Origin: Podarcis melisellensis
Taxonomy: Eukaryota
Assembly (NCBI GenBank): GCA_964234715.1
Contig: OZ174288.1
DNA length: 64,000 nucleotides
Direction: 5' to 3' (one strand)
Every line of letters starts with the position of its first letter. Position 1 is the first letter of the stretch. Shown in pieces: positions 10,401 through 22,633 of the stretch. Below the pieces are notes generated by a model. That model had not been told where the DNA came from and searched no databases. It saw nothing but the letters and a program-made list of their open reading frames with translations. The position numbers were made by a program, and so were the translations under genes.

Positions 10401-13400
10401 TCCCTGACAGATGACCATGCAGCCTCTGCTAAAAAAACTTTCAGTGAAGCGAGAGTCCACCACCTTCCGAAAGAGTCTGTTCCATTGTCAAACAACTCTT
10501 ACCCTCAGAAGGTTCTTCCTAATGTTTAGTGGGAATCTTCTTTCTTGTCATTTGAATCCATTGGTTTGGGTTCCTACCACTGGAGCAGCAGAAACCCACC
10601 TTGCTTTGTCTTCTATGTGATAGCCCTTCATATATTTGAAGATTTAAGATGTAAAATGCTGTTCTGTAGCAAAATTTCCTGAGTCTCAGTGAAGTGTCTC
10701 CACTGTGCCACTTCAGATCCATAACTGGAGCTTCACATGATGAAATTCTTCCCCCACTTCAACAGCACCCAAGAAGAAAAGGATTCCTCCACATAGGAAA
10801 TGAGTGTTTCGAAGAACCCTTTGCCACAACACGCCTCTTCTCTGTGTGCGAATATCTTGTTTGTGCAGAAGCATTTTGGTTATATCCCCCGCAGTGGGCT
10901 CTGTACAGCCCAGAAACATGCTGGTTGCCTCTAGGAGGACCATCCCAGGGGGGTAGAGTTGGCCCACCCAGCCCCTTTAGGGCTTTCAAATCCAGACCAG
11001 GCTCTGGAGCAGGGGTTGGCAACTTCTGGCCTGTGAGCCAAACTTGGTCCAACATTTTGGGGAAGCCATGCCCAACCACCTGATGTTAGGTGGGGGGGGG
11101 TAAGGGGGGGCTTCAAAGGAAAACCTGAGAGATTAAAGGGGATTGCTCCTTTGCTCAGGCAAGGCTTGTTCCCAGCCTCTCATCAGCTGATCAGCCTTGC
11201 TCAAGTTGGCGGGAAAGTGGATTCCATTAAAGAAAAACTGCTCCTCCTAGCACTGCTCTTTCAACCTCCAGTTTCCAGAGGTTTCAAGAGCAGGGCAGGG
11301 CAGCTCCCAAAAAGCCTTTCACACAGCACCATGCTGTACTTTGAAGTCTAGGCAACTGAGGCTTTAAAGTGCAACATCACCATTATATCTGGTGATTGAC
11401 AGGTGGGTGGCCCCACCTACTTGCCCAACTCAGTTCGTCAGGGGTGCAGAGATATTAAGAGTTCACTTCTGATCAGCTTCTGGTGTTCTGTGGCAGGGCT
11501 GTCTTGTTCTGCATCAGCTGACGCTTCTGAATAGTACTCAAGGGCAGGCACACTTTACTTTGCCTGGTAGTAGCCTAGTCTTGAGGTAACAAATGCACAA
11601 GTGGTGGTCCCTGGTCCCAAAGAATCATGAAGATCCCGACTGACCACTTCTACCTCTTTGTCTTTGTTCCTGCCACCCATCTGCTCCCCAGTCAGAGAAC
11701 CGGAGCGTCCTCTTTGCGGTGGCCTCCACACTGGTGAATTGCACCAGCAGCTACGACCAAGAGGAGCCTGACCCCCAGATGGTGGAGCTCGCAAAGTACG
11801 CCAAGCAACACATCCCTGAGAAGCACCCAAAGGTGATAGAGGGGAGAGGAGTGCCCTGAGGGGGCCAGTGGAAGCCTTCTAGCAGGCTGGGGTGTGTGTG
11901 TGTGTGTGGCCAGGCCTGGCTCCCCTGCCCTCTGCAGGAATGGTTTTTGGGTAATGGGGAGTTGAGGTTGGAGTGGGAAGCTTTTAGAAGTTTGTGATGC
12001 AAAGACCACAATGATTGTGTGAGATGCTGGTGGATGGAGCAAGGAGGGCGAGAGGAGGTGGATAATAGACATCCCATGGCCTGTTCTCATCCTCTCTCTC
12101 CATCTCTTCCTGCCCAGGACAAGCCAGAGTTCGTGCGCCAACGTGTGAGGAAGTTGCTGGCCGCCGGTGTGGTGTCAGCGCTCACCTGCATGGTGAAGAG
12201 TGAAAGCCCCTCCCTGAGCCCCGCCTGCCGGGAGCTCATCTCCAGGTGAGGCCAGCAGGCCACAGGCCTTGACCCCAGCAGAGCTTTCATAGAAGGGAGG
12301 GGACCCAAAGTTTCATCATGCCCAACCCCTGCAATGCAGGTATTGCTGTTCACAGGTAAGTCCTCCAGACCTGCTACACAGAGGAGACATGCTGGCCTTT
12401 TTACCTGTGGGTTTCTGCTTAGCCAAAGAGCTCAGAAAATTAAGTCGAGCCAAGATGACGCCTTCCTGTAATCTCAAGTTGCTGTGGGGTGTGTGTGTGT
12501 AGACTTCTGGGTCCCACATTCAGTGCCTGCTATTGTGTGCTTCAGGGTGTTCCTGGCTGTCGTGGAAGACCCTGAGGACCGAGGGGCTGTGGTGGCTGCT
12601 GGAGGCGGGAAGGTGAGCCTCACACATGCATACACACCCTCTCCTGTTTGGCTTAGCCCTGCAACAGCACTGGGGCATCAAGGCTTTTTCACAGTCAAGC
12701 AGAATATGGATTTTATTCCACCACTAGGCACTCATCCCTCTGGCCCTGGAAGGCACTGAAATAGGGCAGACGAAGGCTGCGCAGGCCCTGGCTAAGATCA
12801 CCATCACCACCGCCCCCGAGATGGCTTTTCCGGGCGAACGGGTCAGTGTGGAGTGAGGGCAGCATCACAGCAAGGCAGTGGATGGGGTCGGGTTCCCCTT
12901 TCCTCTCCCCACCGCCCTGAGCCTTTTCTCTCTCCTCCTGCAGATCTACGAGGTGGTCCGGCCCCTGGTGGGCCTCCTGCACTTGAACCGCAGTGCCCTG
13001 CAGAATTTCGAAGGGCTGATGGCTCTCACCAACCTGGCGGGGACCAGTGAGCGGCTCCGGTAAGGCTGGAGAGGCAGGCAGGCTGGGTCCCAGCCCTGTC
13101 CTCTGGGAGGGTTACGTTCCTTGGAAGCAAGGGCCATTACCTTCTCCTGCTGGCTCCTCCTCCTGCAGGCAGAAGATTGTGAAGGAGAAGGCCGTGCCCA
13201 TGATCGAGGGCTACATGTTTGAGGAGCACGAAATGATCCGCTTGGCAGCCACTGAGTGTATGTGCAACATGGCGCTGAGCCCAGAGGTGAGCAGGGGTAC
13301 TGGGCCACCTGGCTGTGCTGGGGCCCCAGGAGGTTTATCTCCACTCACATGTCTCTTTTGGGCAGGTCGGGGAGCTGTTCCTGGTGGAGGGCAGTGACCG

Positions 13401-13938
13401 GCTCAAGCTGCTAGTCCTGTACAGCGGGGAGGACGACGAGAGGCTCCAGCGGGCAGCTTCAGGGACGCTGGCCGTCTTGACCTCGTTGCTGCCCCAGATC
13501 TGTTCCCGCATCCCTCAAGTGGTGAGTACCGCCTGGAGGTTGGGCTGAGCCCAGCAGCTGCCCACTGGGCATGGCAGGCCTTTGGAGGGTCTCCAGGAAC
13601 TGGGTGGATGCCAGGTTTCCTTCCTGCTTGCTAACTGACCTCTCACCCTCTTTCCCCAGACGACTCACTGGCTGGAGATCCTGCAGGCCCTGCTCCTCAG
13701 CCCTGGCACCGAGCTCCAGCACCGCGGGGTGGTGGTAGTGAGGAACATGGTGGCTGCTGACAAGGAGGTGGCCGAGAAGCTGATGGAGAGCGAGACCATG
13801 GAGATCCTGTCTGTTATGGCCAAGGCCAAGGACAAGCCCCAGATTGCCCAAGTGGCCCAGGAGTGCCTGGCGCAGGCTGTGGCTTATGGCTTGATCAAGC
13901 CCAACCCTCCTGCAGCTGCTGAGAAGGAGGAGGACTGA
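4214..13938 (+). CDS. UNC45A: Protein unc-45 homolog A (TPR + UCS myosin/Hsp90 co-chaperone), 20 coding exons, ~941 aa
   Basis: Kozak GCCATGG at 4214. Exons 4214-4228, 4308-4475, 5124-5160, 5264-5439, 5608-5700, 6362-6529, 7504-7672, 7829-7999, 8083-8254, 9193-9493, 9642-9736, 10026-10167, 11692-11832, 12118-12245, 12546-12612, 12728-12841, 12944-13059, 13169-13286, 13366-13521, 13660-13938. All GT-AG, sum 2826 nt. Motifs [61 protein letters not shown]. Confidence 0.97.
4921..4959. repeat. (CCT)n microsatellite, ~13 units, in UNC45A intron 2
   Basis: Read directly from the sequence. Confidence 0.95.
7090..7228 (+). mobile_element. CR1 LINE 3' fragment
   Basis: gtggtggactctccttcattggaggc...ccttccaaccctacaattctatgat, a typical CR1 3' end with ATTCTRTG tail. 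Confidence 0.7.
8440..9030 (+). mobile_element. L2-type LINE 3' fragment
   Basis: Degenerate RT C-terminus (agactggattactgc..gctctatatggggcttccc..cagaatgctgcagc), an AT-rich 3' UTR and an aaataaata tail. Confidence 0.65.
10326..10643 (-). mobile_element. CR1 LINE 3' fragment
   Basis: tagaattgtagaattggaag..tctagtccaatccctgcaatgcaggaat..ttcttcctaatgtttag, the reverse complement of the element at 7090. Confidence 0.75.
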
Positions 13939-14819
13939 GAGCTGCCCCTTCCCGACCTGCTTGGGCACACTGCGCTGTCGCTGCTGCTGGGCACGGGCAC
14001 AAGGGCACAAGAGGGAGGGGGCTTGGGGCTGCTGGGACCAGGGGAGTGAGCCACAGCGATTGCCGCTGGCACCCTTCAGAGCCACAAGGGCTGGTGCCAC
14101 CATTTTGTGGCACAGAAGGCAGCTCCAGGGGCTGTTCTGCAGCCTCTTGGTGCTCTTAGCTGTCTCTCACCTGGAGGAGGGTGTCGCTGGGCTGCTGCTG
14201 CCACACACCTTGGCAGCGCTGATGGTGACAGGTGGTGGGCTCCCCAACTACCCCTAGGCTTGGGGGTCACGGAGCTGCTTGTGCTGCATGGCTGCCTTTT
14301 TAAAAATTTCCTGCTGCTGGAAATCACAGCCTTCCTGTCCCTCTGGAGCTGCTCCTTCATGGTCTGAGGCTGCAGCTCCTGAGGCCTCCTCCCCTCCCTT
14401 GGGGTAGGAAGAAACTGCCTTACTGACAATCCATTCCTCTTGCCCTGTGTGGCAAACAGGACCACCGTTTATTGTAAGCAAAGATGATGTGGGAAAGAAT
14501 GTAAACTGTATGAAAAGATTATGGGAAACTATACAGATGACTTTTTCGGTAAATCTGATTTCGTGTGTTTCTCAATATTGCATTGATCGAATGGGGAGGG
14601 GACTGAACAACTAGGCTGTATGTAAATTGAGGGGACGGGACCCATCCCCATTTAGGGATATGTCTGAGCTCCAGAGTGACTCAGGCAGAGGGAGATGATG
14701 ATCAGACCCCTTCCCACTTGGACCAACCTCCCTTCCACAAGGAAGAACAACCAAGCCCGTGTCCTATGGTGTTGCTGGGTCCAGGAGCGAAGGCTGAAGC
14801 CCCCTCCCTCCTCTTTTAC

Positions 14820-14825
14820 ATTAAA
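14820..14825 (+). terminator. Candidate UNC45A polyadenylation signal (ATTAAA)
   Basis: First hexamer variant I noticed downstream of the stop at 13938. Confidence 0.4.
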
Positions 14826-15050
14826 CTCTTGAAAGCAACCACTCACTTGCCATGTACTAATAGATGGCATACTTTTGAGGGTTTTAAACTCTCCCTCCTC
14901 ATTTTACTTTTAAAAACCAAGTGGGGGTGGGACAGGGGCTTTGCAGCACATTCATAATCCAGGCTAGATCCCTTTGCACTTTAAAACTGGGCCTGGAGCT
15001 GGTTCTAGGTGTCATGGCATGAACTGTCATTTGCAGGAAAGAGTAAGATA

Positions 15051-15274
15051 CAGTGGTTGCAGACATAATCCGTGACGGAGGCATCCTGAAGCGCCGCATC
15101 TGCACAGGCGCTGGCACGATTTGGCACTTCTGTGCATTTGCAAAGCGTGGTTTAGCGCTTTGCATGCATGAGCGGCAAAACCCGGAAGTAACCCGTTCCA
15201 GTACTTCCAGGTTTCCTGCGGTCCGCAACCCAAAAACACATAACCTAAAGCGTCCGTAACATGAGGTATGACTG
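15051..15274. mobile_element. Tc1/mariner-Tigger-type MITE, left end partly deleted
   Basis: TA|cagt at the left end and catgaggtatgactg|TA at the right end, consistent with a TA target duplication. Confidence 0.55.
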
Positions 15275-16483
15275 TAAAGGCCTCATATCACCTCATGCGT
15301 TGGGGAAAGAAAAATTGAGATTTTAGTTTTCAACCCTTGAGAGAGCCGTGGACTGATTTGATGTGGGTGCAACAGGGGTTGCTGTCAGGTTAAGTTTCTC
15401 AGGTGATCTGGAGGGTCTGCTATCCCACAGAGGTTTTTGAAACTGCAAAAGAATGAAGAATCCTTCAAACTCCTTTGCGAAGAAAGCCACAGAAGTGCTC
15501 CTGGCTCTCTCCACTGGCTCTTTTCTTCACTAGCAATACCATCAGCAGTAGCTGGGCAGAGGTACTTCAACCCCCGCCCCCTCTCCTGCCAAAGCAGCGC
15601 CTTTTGCCAACCAGGGTATGGGGACCTGGTTTCAGGCTTGCCCTGGTTTTCTATGGTCCATCTTCACCAGCTGCTTGGCAGTAGTAGGAGCATCATAATA
15701 GTTCCTCTCTGCTCCTGGCTTGAATTATTTAGGATATTCTCTCCACAGCTTCATTCAAGGTAACACATGTAACACAAGCATCGAGCTGTTTCTCTGGTAA
15801 GGGGCAGGGAAGAAAAGCCTTGAGTGATTTTAAAAGCAGAGTTAATGTGCACTCTTAGGCTTGCCTACTGAGCAGGAAGCCCAAGGGGACATAACCCAGG
15901 TAATTATCGCAAGGACTGTAGCCTTATGTTGAGGAGTTCCTTCTACCACTCTCTCAGCTTCATTGTACTGGGGGGGGGGCAGTTACTGTGCTCCTGTGTG
16001 CCTGCCCTTGGGGCAACCTGGATTGCTTGTAGCTTATGACAGATGTGAAGGAACAACCATTACCTTCTAAGAAGCACTGTAAGTCCAGTACTGCCCCAGT
16101 TCACTGCCTCAGGCACCTACGAGGCTAAGCTGTTCCTTGTTCCAGGTCAGATTTTGTGAATCTTTGGCAGAAGTAAGGTTCCTTCAGTTTAATTCTATTA
16201 AAAGTTGTCATCATGGTATCTTGTGCCCAGGGCGTTCCACAAGTTAGCTGGAAGACAAATCCCAAAAGCTCATTTTCTGATTTGTCCTGCATTCTGAATA
16301 TTGGTGGAGAAACAACTATACTTTGCAGGATGATGTTAAAACCTATGCTTGCCTGCCTATTTCTGAGGCCTCAGCCTACATCAAATGCTGCAAATGAGGA
16401 ACTTCCCTCAGCACTCTTGCCACAACTTCTTCTGTTTTCGGGGGTGGGAAGCAAGGGGGATTCTTCCAGTTGATTCCTCAGAG

Positions 16484-16580
16484 CAGGGGTGCCAACTTGA
16501 ATAAAATATTGGGCGGGCCAGGCAAGCCTCGCCACACAATCGATCACATGATGCAGTGCACGCACACCATTTGAATGGCA
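16484..16580. mobile_element. hAT-like MITE terminal fragment
   Basis: Begins CAGGGGTGCCAACTTG, a hAT-type terminus, and is cut off by the foldback element. Confidence 0.45.
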
Positions 16581-16581
16581 G

Positions 16582-17820
16582 TAGTGGGACTGGGTTAAAG
16601 GTGGATCTACACGGATCCTGCACTTTTAAAAAAACAACTCCAACAAATGCAGTGTCAAAGCACATCTGGAAGGCACGCATACAGACTGGACTATAACAAA
16701 GGTGGATCCAACACTTTGCCACACTGCAGCACCACAAAAACATGGATCCGAGGCATGGATCCTCATGAATTCTTATGATGTTTATATTGAAACAAAATAA
16801 AACTACCATGATACTCTAAACCACATCTTAGTCTGTAGGCAGAACTAAAAAAATCACGCATACACTGTTTCGTGGTGCTGCAATGGCACAAAATCATGGT
16901 TAAAAACCACAGATCCTCAAGGATCCTTATGCTTTTTGCACTAGATCAGCCTGAAGTCACTATCAGATAAAATATCATGGCCATGGGCACAGCATGCACC
17001 CTAAAAATCATGGATCCACGGCTTCCTGGCGACACAGGCCCAAAAACGTTTTGAAGCACGGATCCTCATGCTTTTTGTATTGGGCCACCCCTAACTCACC
17101 ATCAAATCACACATCATAGCCAGGGGCACAGCCTGCACCACAAAAAACTCGGATCCACGGCTTCCTGGCCATACCATGGCCCAAAAATATGGTTTCGAAG
17201 CATGGATCCTCATGCTTTTTGCATTGGGTCACCCCAAACACACCGTCAAATTACACATCATGCCCATGGAAGCCGTGGATCCGAGTTTTTTGTGGAGCAG
17301 GCTGTGCCCCTGGCTATGTGATTTGATGGTGAGTTTGGAGTGACCCAATGCAAAAAGCATGACTCTGCATGAGGGTACACATCATGCCCATGGAAGCTGT
17401 GGATCCGAGGTTTTTGTGCTGCAGGCTGTGCCCCTGGCTATGATATGTGATTTGAAGATGAGTTTGAGGTGGCCCAATGCAAAAAGCGTGCGTATCTATG
17501 AGGATCCGTGCTTCGAAACCACGTTTTTGGGCCATATTATGGCCAGGAAGCTGTGGATCCGAGTTTTTTGTGGTGCATGCTGTGCCCATGGCCATGATGT
17601 TTGATCTGATGGTGGCTTCGGGCTGATCTAGTGCAAAAATCATGAGGATCCGTATTTTTAACCATGTTTTTGCACCATAGTGGCCCCACGAAACAGTGGA
17701 TGCGTGATTTTTTTTGGTTCTGCCTACAGACATGGTCTACAGTATCATGGTGGTTTTATTTAATTTGAATGAAAAAATCATATGAATTCTGGATCCGCCT
17801 TTTATCCAGTCCCGGCCCTA
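16582..17820. mobile_element. Foldback/palindromic non-autonomous DNA element built from ~140-bp GGATCC-containing subrepeats
   Basis: Imperfect terminal inverted repeats (gggactgggttaaaggtggatc / gatccgccttttatccagtccc). Inner inverted arms ~16766-17255 and ~17265-17789. About 15 GGATCC sites. Confidence 0.7.
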
Positions 17821-17993
17821 GCCATCAACTTTGAGCGGAAAGAGCAAGTTGTTTTCGGGGGGGGGAGGGTAGCGGGACACCGGAGCGGCCAAGGCAGCCT
17901 CCGCCAGAGCCAGGGAAAGGGTGGAAACTGCCGACATAGGCGCCTCTTGTCCCCGACCCGCCGCAAGAGGCGCTCGCCTTCCGGGCGGCGGAG

Positions 17994-20900
17994 ATGGCGG
18001 AGGGAGCTCGGGGAAGCGGCGGCGGTGGCTGGTTCCAGTTCGGCTTCTGCTTCGGGAAGGCGACGGAAGCCGGGCTGGAAGTGGCGCCGCTGCTGGTCGG
18101 GGGCGAGGCCGGGCCAGTGCGCTGCGTGAGGCCGAGCTGGAGCTTCTCCGGGATCGTCCGCGCCGGCGGTGAGAGGCACCCACCAGAGTCCCAGGGCCAT
18201 GCATGGTTCACGCTTCCCCACCCCTTTTTCTTAGGCTGAGCAGGAGCGGAGAACCGCGCGCTCCAAGGCATATAGAAGGGACAGACTAAGGGGTCCCGAC
18301 CGTGGGGGAGATGCTGCTCTGCATCCCCCATCGACAACCCCAAACTCCTCCCCTGCTTGCTGGGGCTGCGGGAGATGCAAGCCCACGACGCCAGGCAGGT
18401 CACAGGAGCCCCATCCCGTCGATAGAGGAGAGCGGGAAGTTTCTCCAGGAGCCTTGATGGTGGCCCCAAGCCGCCTTTCTAGGTTGCTGCCTGATCGTCC
18501 CTGGCGGGGGGTAGGGTGGTTCCTCCTTTTCTGTGGCCCCGATATTCTTTCTTTGCCTCCTGCTCCGCTTGGACTGAGAGCTCCAATCCGCCCCCCTCGC
18601 CCCGTCTTGCCTTCTGCCTCCCGCAGGGTCCCCCCCGGTGCTGTTGCAAGGCGCGGTGTGCGCTGCGCTGCCCGAGGACTGCCGGGACGTGCTGCCGTCG
18701 GAGACGCACGTGCTGGTGCTGCGGGAGGCGGCGGTGGAGAGCTGGCGGGTGGAGGGTTCGGCCCTGGTCCTGGAAGGAGAGCCGGCGTGGAGGTGCGAGA
18801 TCCTCCCTGAGGAAGCAGCGACCGTAGGTAGGTGGGTGTGCGGGCAGAAGCGCCGCCCTGAAAGAAGAGGAAGCTGTTGCTGCACCCCAGGATATCCCTT
18901 CTGCCCCTAACCCTCTTTCTCTTCTGCCCCAGAGCTGCCCCTGGTGCCTGGCGGGTACGTGGCCCCTCGGCCTCCTTTCTTCACCCCTCTGCCCTCCACC
19001 TTGCAGGCTCGCAAGCTGGCCCTGGGCTATGAGCATGCGATGCTGCTGAACACAGAGGGGGCCCTCTTCTCCTGGGGAGGCGGCAGGTGAGTCTGGCGCA
19101 GGTGAGGACGACCTCCCACAGGAGGCAGTGATGGCTGGCAGCTTTAAAGGAGGATTGGGCAACTTCATGGAGGAGAAGGCTCACAATGACTGCTATTCAT
19201 GATGGCTATGCTCTGCCTCCCTAGTTACTGGAAGCCAGTAGAGGAAGGGGAGAGGTGCTCTTCGGCTCAGATCCTGCTTGTGGGTTTCCACAGGCATCTG
19301 GTTGGCCAATATGAGAACAGGATGTTGGACTAGAATGGTCATTGGCCAGATCCAGCAGGTCTCTTCTTAGGTTCTTACCTGGTGCCAGGTGGGCTTCTGC
19401 ATTGGGGGGGGGGGAGCATGGTGGCTACTCCTCCTCCTGTCTTTTCTTCCCAGGCATGGGCAGTTGGGCCATGGGGAGCTGGAGAGCAGGACAGAGCCCC
19501 AGCTGGTGGAAGCCTTGTACGGGGTGCCCATGGTGGATGTGGCGGCAGGAGGATGGCATTCAGCTGGCATTAGTGGTAAGGAGGCAGGAGGGCATGGTCT
19601 GTAGTGGCCCATCTTAAGCAATGACTAGCTAGGGATTCCAGCACCCCAAAATAGACTTGCTGTTGCTTTTTTATGTTGGTAATAACAATAGCAACAAAAA
19701 TATCAACAGAATTGTTGATGCCAACCTTTTGAGGCTTGTTGATGTGGTGTCAGGGGTTAACTGGGCTCCTACTCCTTGAACAGAGGCAGGGACCCTGTGG
19801 CTGTCCAAATATTTTTGTTGGACCTCCTCCCTCAATGGCCAAGGCTGACTTAAGACCACCAATCAGCCACTGCCACTGCTTAAAGTTCATGGGGGGTTGA
19901 AAGATGCGTCTCCTACAGAAGTGAAGTTTTCTTCACAGCTGTTAAAGATACTGCTAACAGTTACCTCCTTTGCCCTTATTTACTTTTTCTTAATCTTTCT
20001 TAAAAGTTATAAACCCAAAAATATAAAGATGGGGGTGAGGCTTCTGCTACAACCCTTCCCATTCCCATCGCTTTCAAATAATAAACTCCCCTCTCTCTGC
20101 GTGGGAAGCCAAATCCCTCATAGGGCCAGAATCAGCTTTCGCTGGAGAATACATTTCGCCAGCCCTATGAGGCCTCTTCCTTGGGAAAAAGGCTACGTTG
20201 GTCCTGGACTGAGCTCCTAGCTGCTCTCTTTCTCGCTCTCTGCCAGAAGCAGGTGATTTGTACGTCTGGGGCTGGAACGAGACGGGACAACTTGCCCTAC
20301 CTTCCAAATCTGTGGCTGAGAGTAGAGCCACCACGGCAGAGGTGAAGAGAGGTGAGGCCACTTCTGGGACAGAGCTAGATGCTATTTTGGCAAACTTGGC
20401 CCAGGGCAAACATACACTATACCCTGTGGCTGTTGCTGGGGAATGAGTTGACTTTGGCAGTTTTATTTACCCTATACTGGGTTGTTTCTAGGGGACACCG
20501 AGTTGAGCTTGACAGAGCAGGAGGCAGCAAAAGGACCCTGCAAGGCTGCATTCATTTCGATCCAAGCCTTCCCTGCTTTGCTGGATATGCCAGATGGGGC
20601 AGATGTCTGTAAGATCAGCTGTGGTTCACGACACACCGCTGCTGTGACATGTAAGAGGACGCTGGGTTCGTCTTTCAGTGAGGGGAGCACAGGGACAGCA
20701 GGATGAAGGCTTCACTGCCCAGTACCTGAAAAATATCCTGGGGCTGTTGCTGTCTGCCTGAGCCTCATTTGTGGAAGGGGAAACATCCAAGAGTGAAGGA
20801 CAAACAAGCGTAAAATGTGTGTGACGTCTAACACAGTTTATGTGTAAGGATGTCCAGCAGCCCTCCCAAAACTCCCAAAAGGTTTTTCCTTTTCCATTGT

Positions 20901-21267
20901 TTCTTGGATCTGCCCCATTCCCCCAAAGAGGTGCTCAACTGTTATCCTTCAACAACCTCAGTTAAACACAGGTCATCCTTGTATTTCAGGTACAGGAGAG
21001 CTCTACACCTGGGGCTGGGGTAAGTAAGCTGGGGGGTGGATTATAGCTGCCCTTAGGGTTAGTACTCCGTATTCTCTTCCTGCTCCAAGGGCAAACTGGT
21101 GCCAATAGCTCTTCTTGGTTGCAGGTAAATATGGCCAACTGGGGCATGGGCAGACAGCCAGCTCTGATGAGGCAAAGAGGGTGTCCTGCTTTGTGGACTG
21201 GGGTCTACGTGTAGTAGACGTGGTATGTGGACCATGGACTACCTATGTACATGCTGTGGCCCGATAA
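17994..21267 (+). CDS. RCCD1: RCC1 domain-containing protein 1, 8 coding exons, ~362 aa
   Basis: Exons 17994-18168, 18627-18827, 18933-19086, 19454-19575, 20247-20351, 20492-20650, 20990-21019, 21125-21267, sum 1089 nt. N-terminal [15 protein letters not shown] and RCC1 repeats ([53 protein letters not shown]). Syntenic with UNC45A and PRC1. Confidence 0.95.
19120..19380 (+). mobile_element. CR1-type LINE 3' fragment
   Basis: cccacaggaggcagtgatggc..ctttaaaggaggattgggcaacttcatggagg..gatccagcaggtctcttcttaggttctta. Related copies lie near 50590-50860 (-) and 62230-62430 (+). Confidence 0.6.
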
Positions 21268-21609
21268 CAGCTGAGATGGAGGGCAAGAATCCAGAAACCT
21301 TTGGGAAGACAGCATGAACAGGACCTACTCCTACTGCCATTCCAGTCCAATGCTCCACTGTCTGAGTTGAGGCTCAATCTGACTTTATCCAAGTCTCAGA
21401 TCAGGGGTAGTGGCTTCTTCTTATCCTCCTTCCACCTGCCTTCCAGTAACAGCTACTTCAATGGACAACACAAGGGCAACTTTAGATAAAAGAGGGAGCT
21501 GTTTTTGCACCTCCAAGAACACCACAGAGACAGAGTTATACAGAGCATATTTTATGTAGCGCTAAATTGCCATGATGGACAAAACAGATGTTGGAACAGT
21601 CATTTTGTG

Positions 21610-21837
21610 AATAAAGCTGTTGCTGCCACTGTCATCCTTATTAGCCTGCAACACAGTCATGGTTCTTCGGGCAAGAAGCCAGATGCCAGGTAGCAGGACA
21701 TTGCGGTAGAAGTGGAGCAGAGTTAGACTGCTCTCCTCAGCTAAGAGCCCTCATCAGAACAATACAATTGATTAGTCATTATACAGAACAGCAGATAAAC
21801 AAGATGTGAACATACTGCCATACAAATAAATAATAAA
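21610..21837 (+). terminator. Candidate RCCD1 polyadenylation signals
   Basis: AATAAA at 21610-21615, 21825-21830 and 21832-21837, downstream of the stop at 21267. Confidence 0.55.
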
Positions 21838-22424
21838 AGGACACTGTAGTGAAAACAAGGTGCAAATCTAGCCACGATGATGGGGAGGGTGAGGGTGGTT
21901 GGCAGAAGCCTCTCCTCCTCCTTCCCCATCCCCATGAGGAAGCCAGGACTAGCCCAGCTCAAAGGCAGCAGCAAGAAGTCAGCCCCGTCCCATTTGTCAT
22001 AACTAAAGGTGAGCTGTGCTTCTCTCCAGTGGAACAAGACCTCTGGAGCAAGCATGGGGACACGTCCTAAAAAGCCCCAGGACCTGATCACTTTTTCCTA
22101 CTGCAAGCAAGTTTAGGGGCTGCCTGCTTTCCCTCCCCACTTCTGTTGCAACTACTCCCTCTCTCCCAAAAGCAACCGCATAAGCACCAAGAAGGGCAGT
22201 AAAGATTCTGTCCGCATTAACAGGATGGACGGAGTGCTGCCACTGTGGACTCTCTTGCACCCTTTGCCTAGCAGAGGGCAGGAGCGAATGTTCCAGAGGC
22301 TTGCAAGAGGATAGGTTGGGGTGGGCCAGGATCCCTCTTCCCTTGCTGCTGGAACCCTAGACTAGACAGCAAGTTGTGCACTAGAGTAGGCTTACTTATA
22401 AGAAACCCTTTGCAACATTTACAT

Positions 22425-22430
22425 TTTATT
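22425..22430 (-). terminator. Candidate PRC1 polyadenylation signal
   Basis: tttatt (AATAAA on minus) ~200 bp after the stop. Confidence 0.55.
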
Positions 22431-22633
22431 CTTTTTAATATACAAAAAAATTGTTTAAAAAAAATCATTGTGGTAAAAACAAGGAACAAATAGTTAAAAG
22501 TGGCCCTGCCTCCATTGCCACGGGCAACAGAGCCAAGCAGGGAGGCAAACGGCTTTGCCTAACCCCAGGAGGGAAGTCCAGTGGTGCCAGTTCCTTTGGC
22601 TACCTTCCTTTGCCGCTGTGTACAAGCTCCCCG

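Noticed and set aside
16582-17820. CRISPR-like array
   Set aside because: Vertebrate DNA; the units are degenerate and inverted, with no unique spacers or cas genes.
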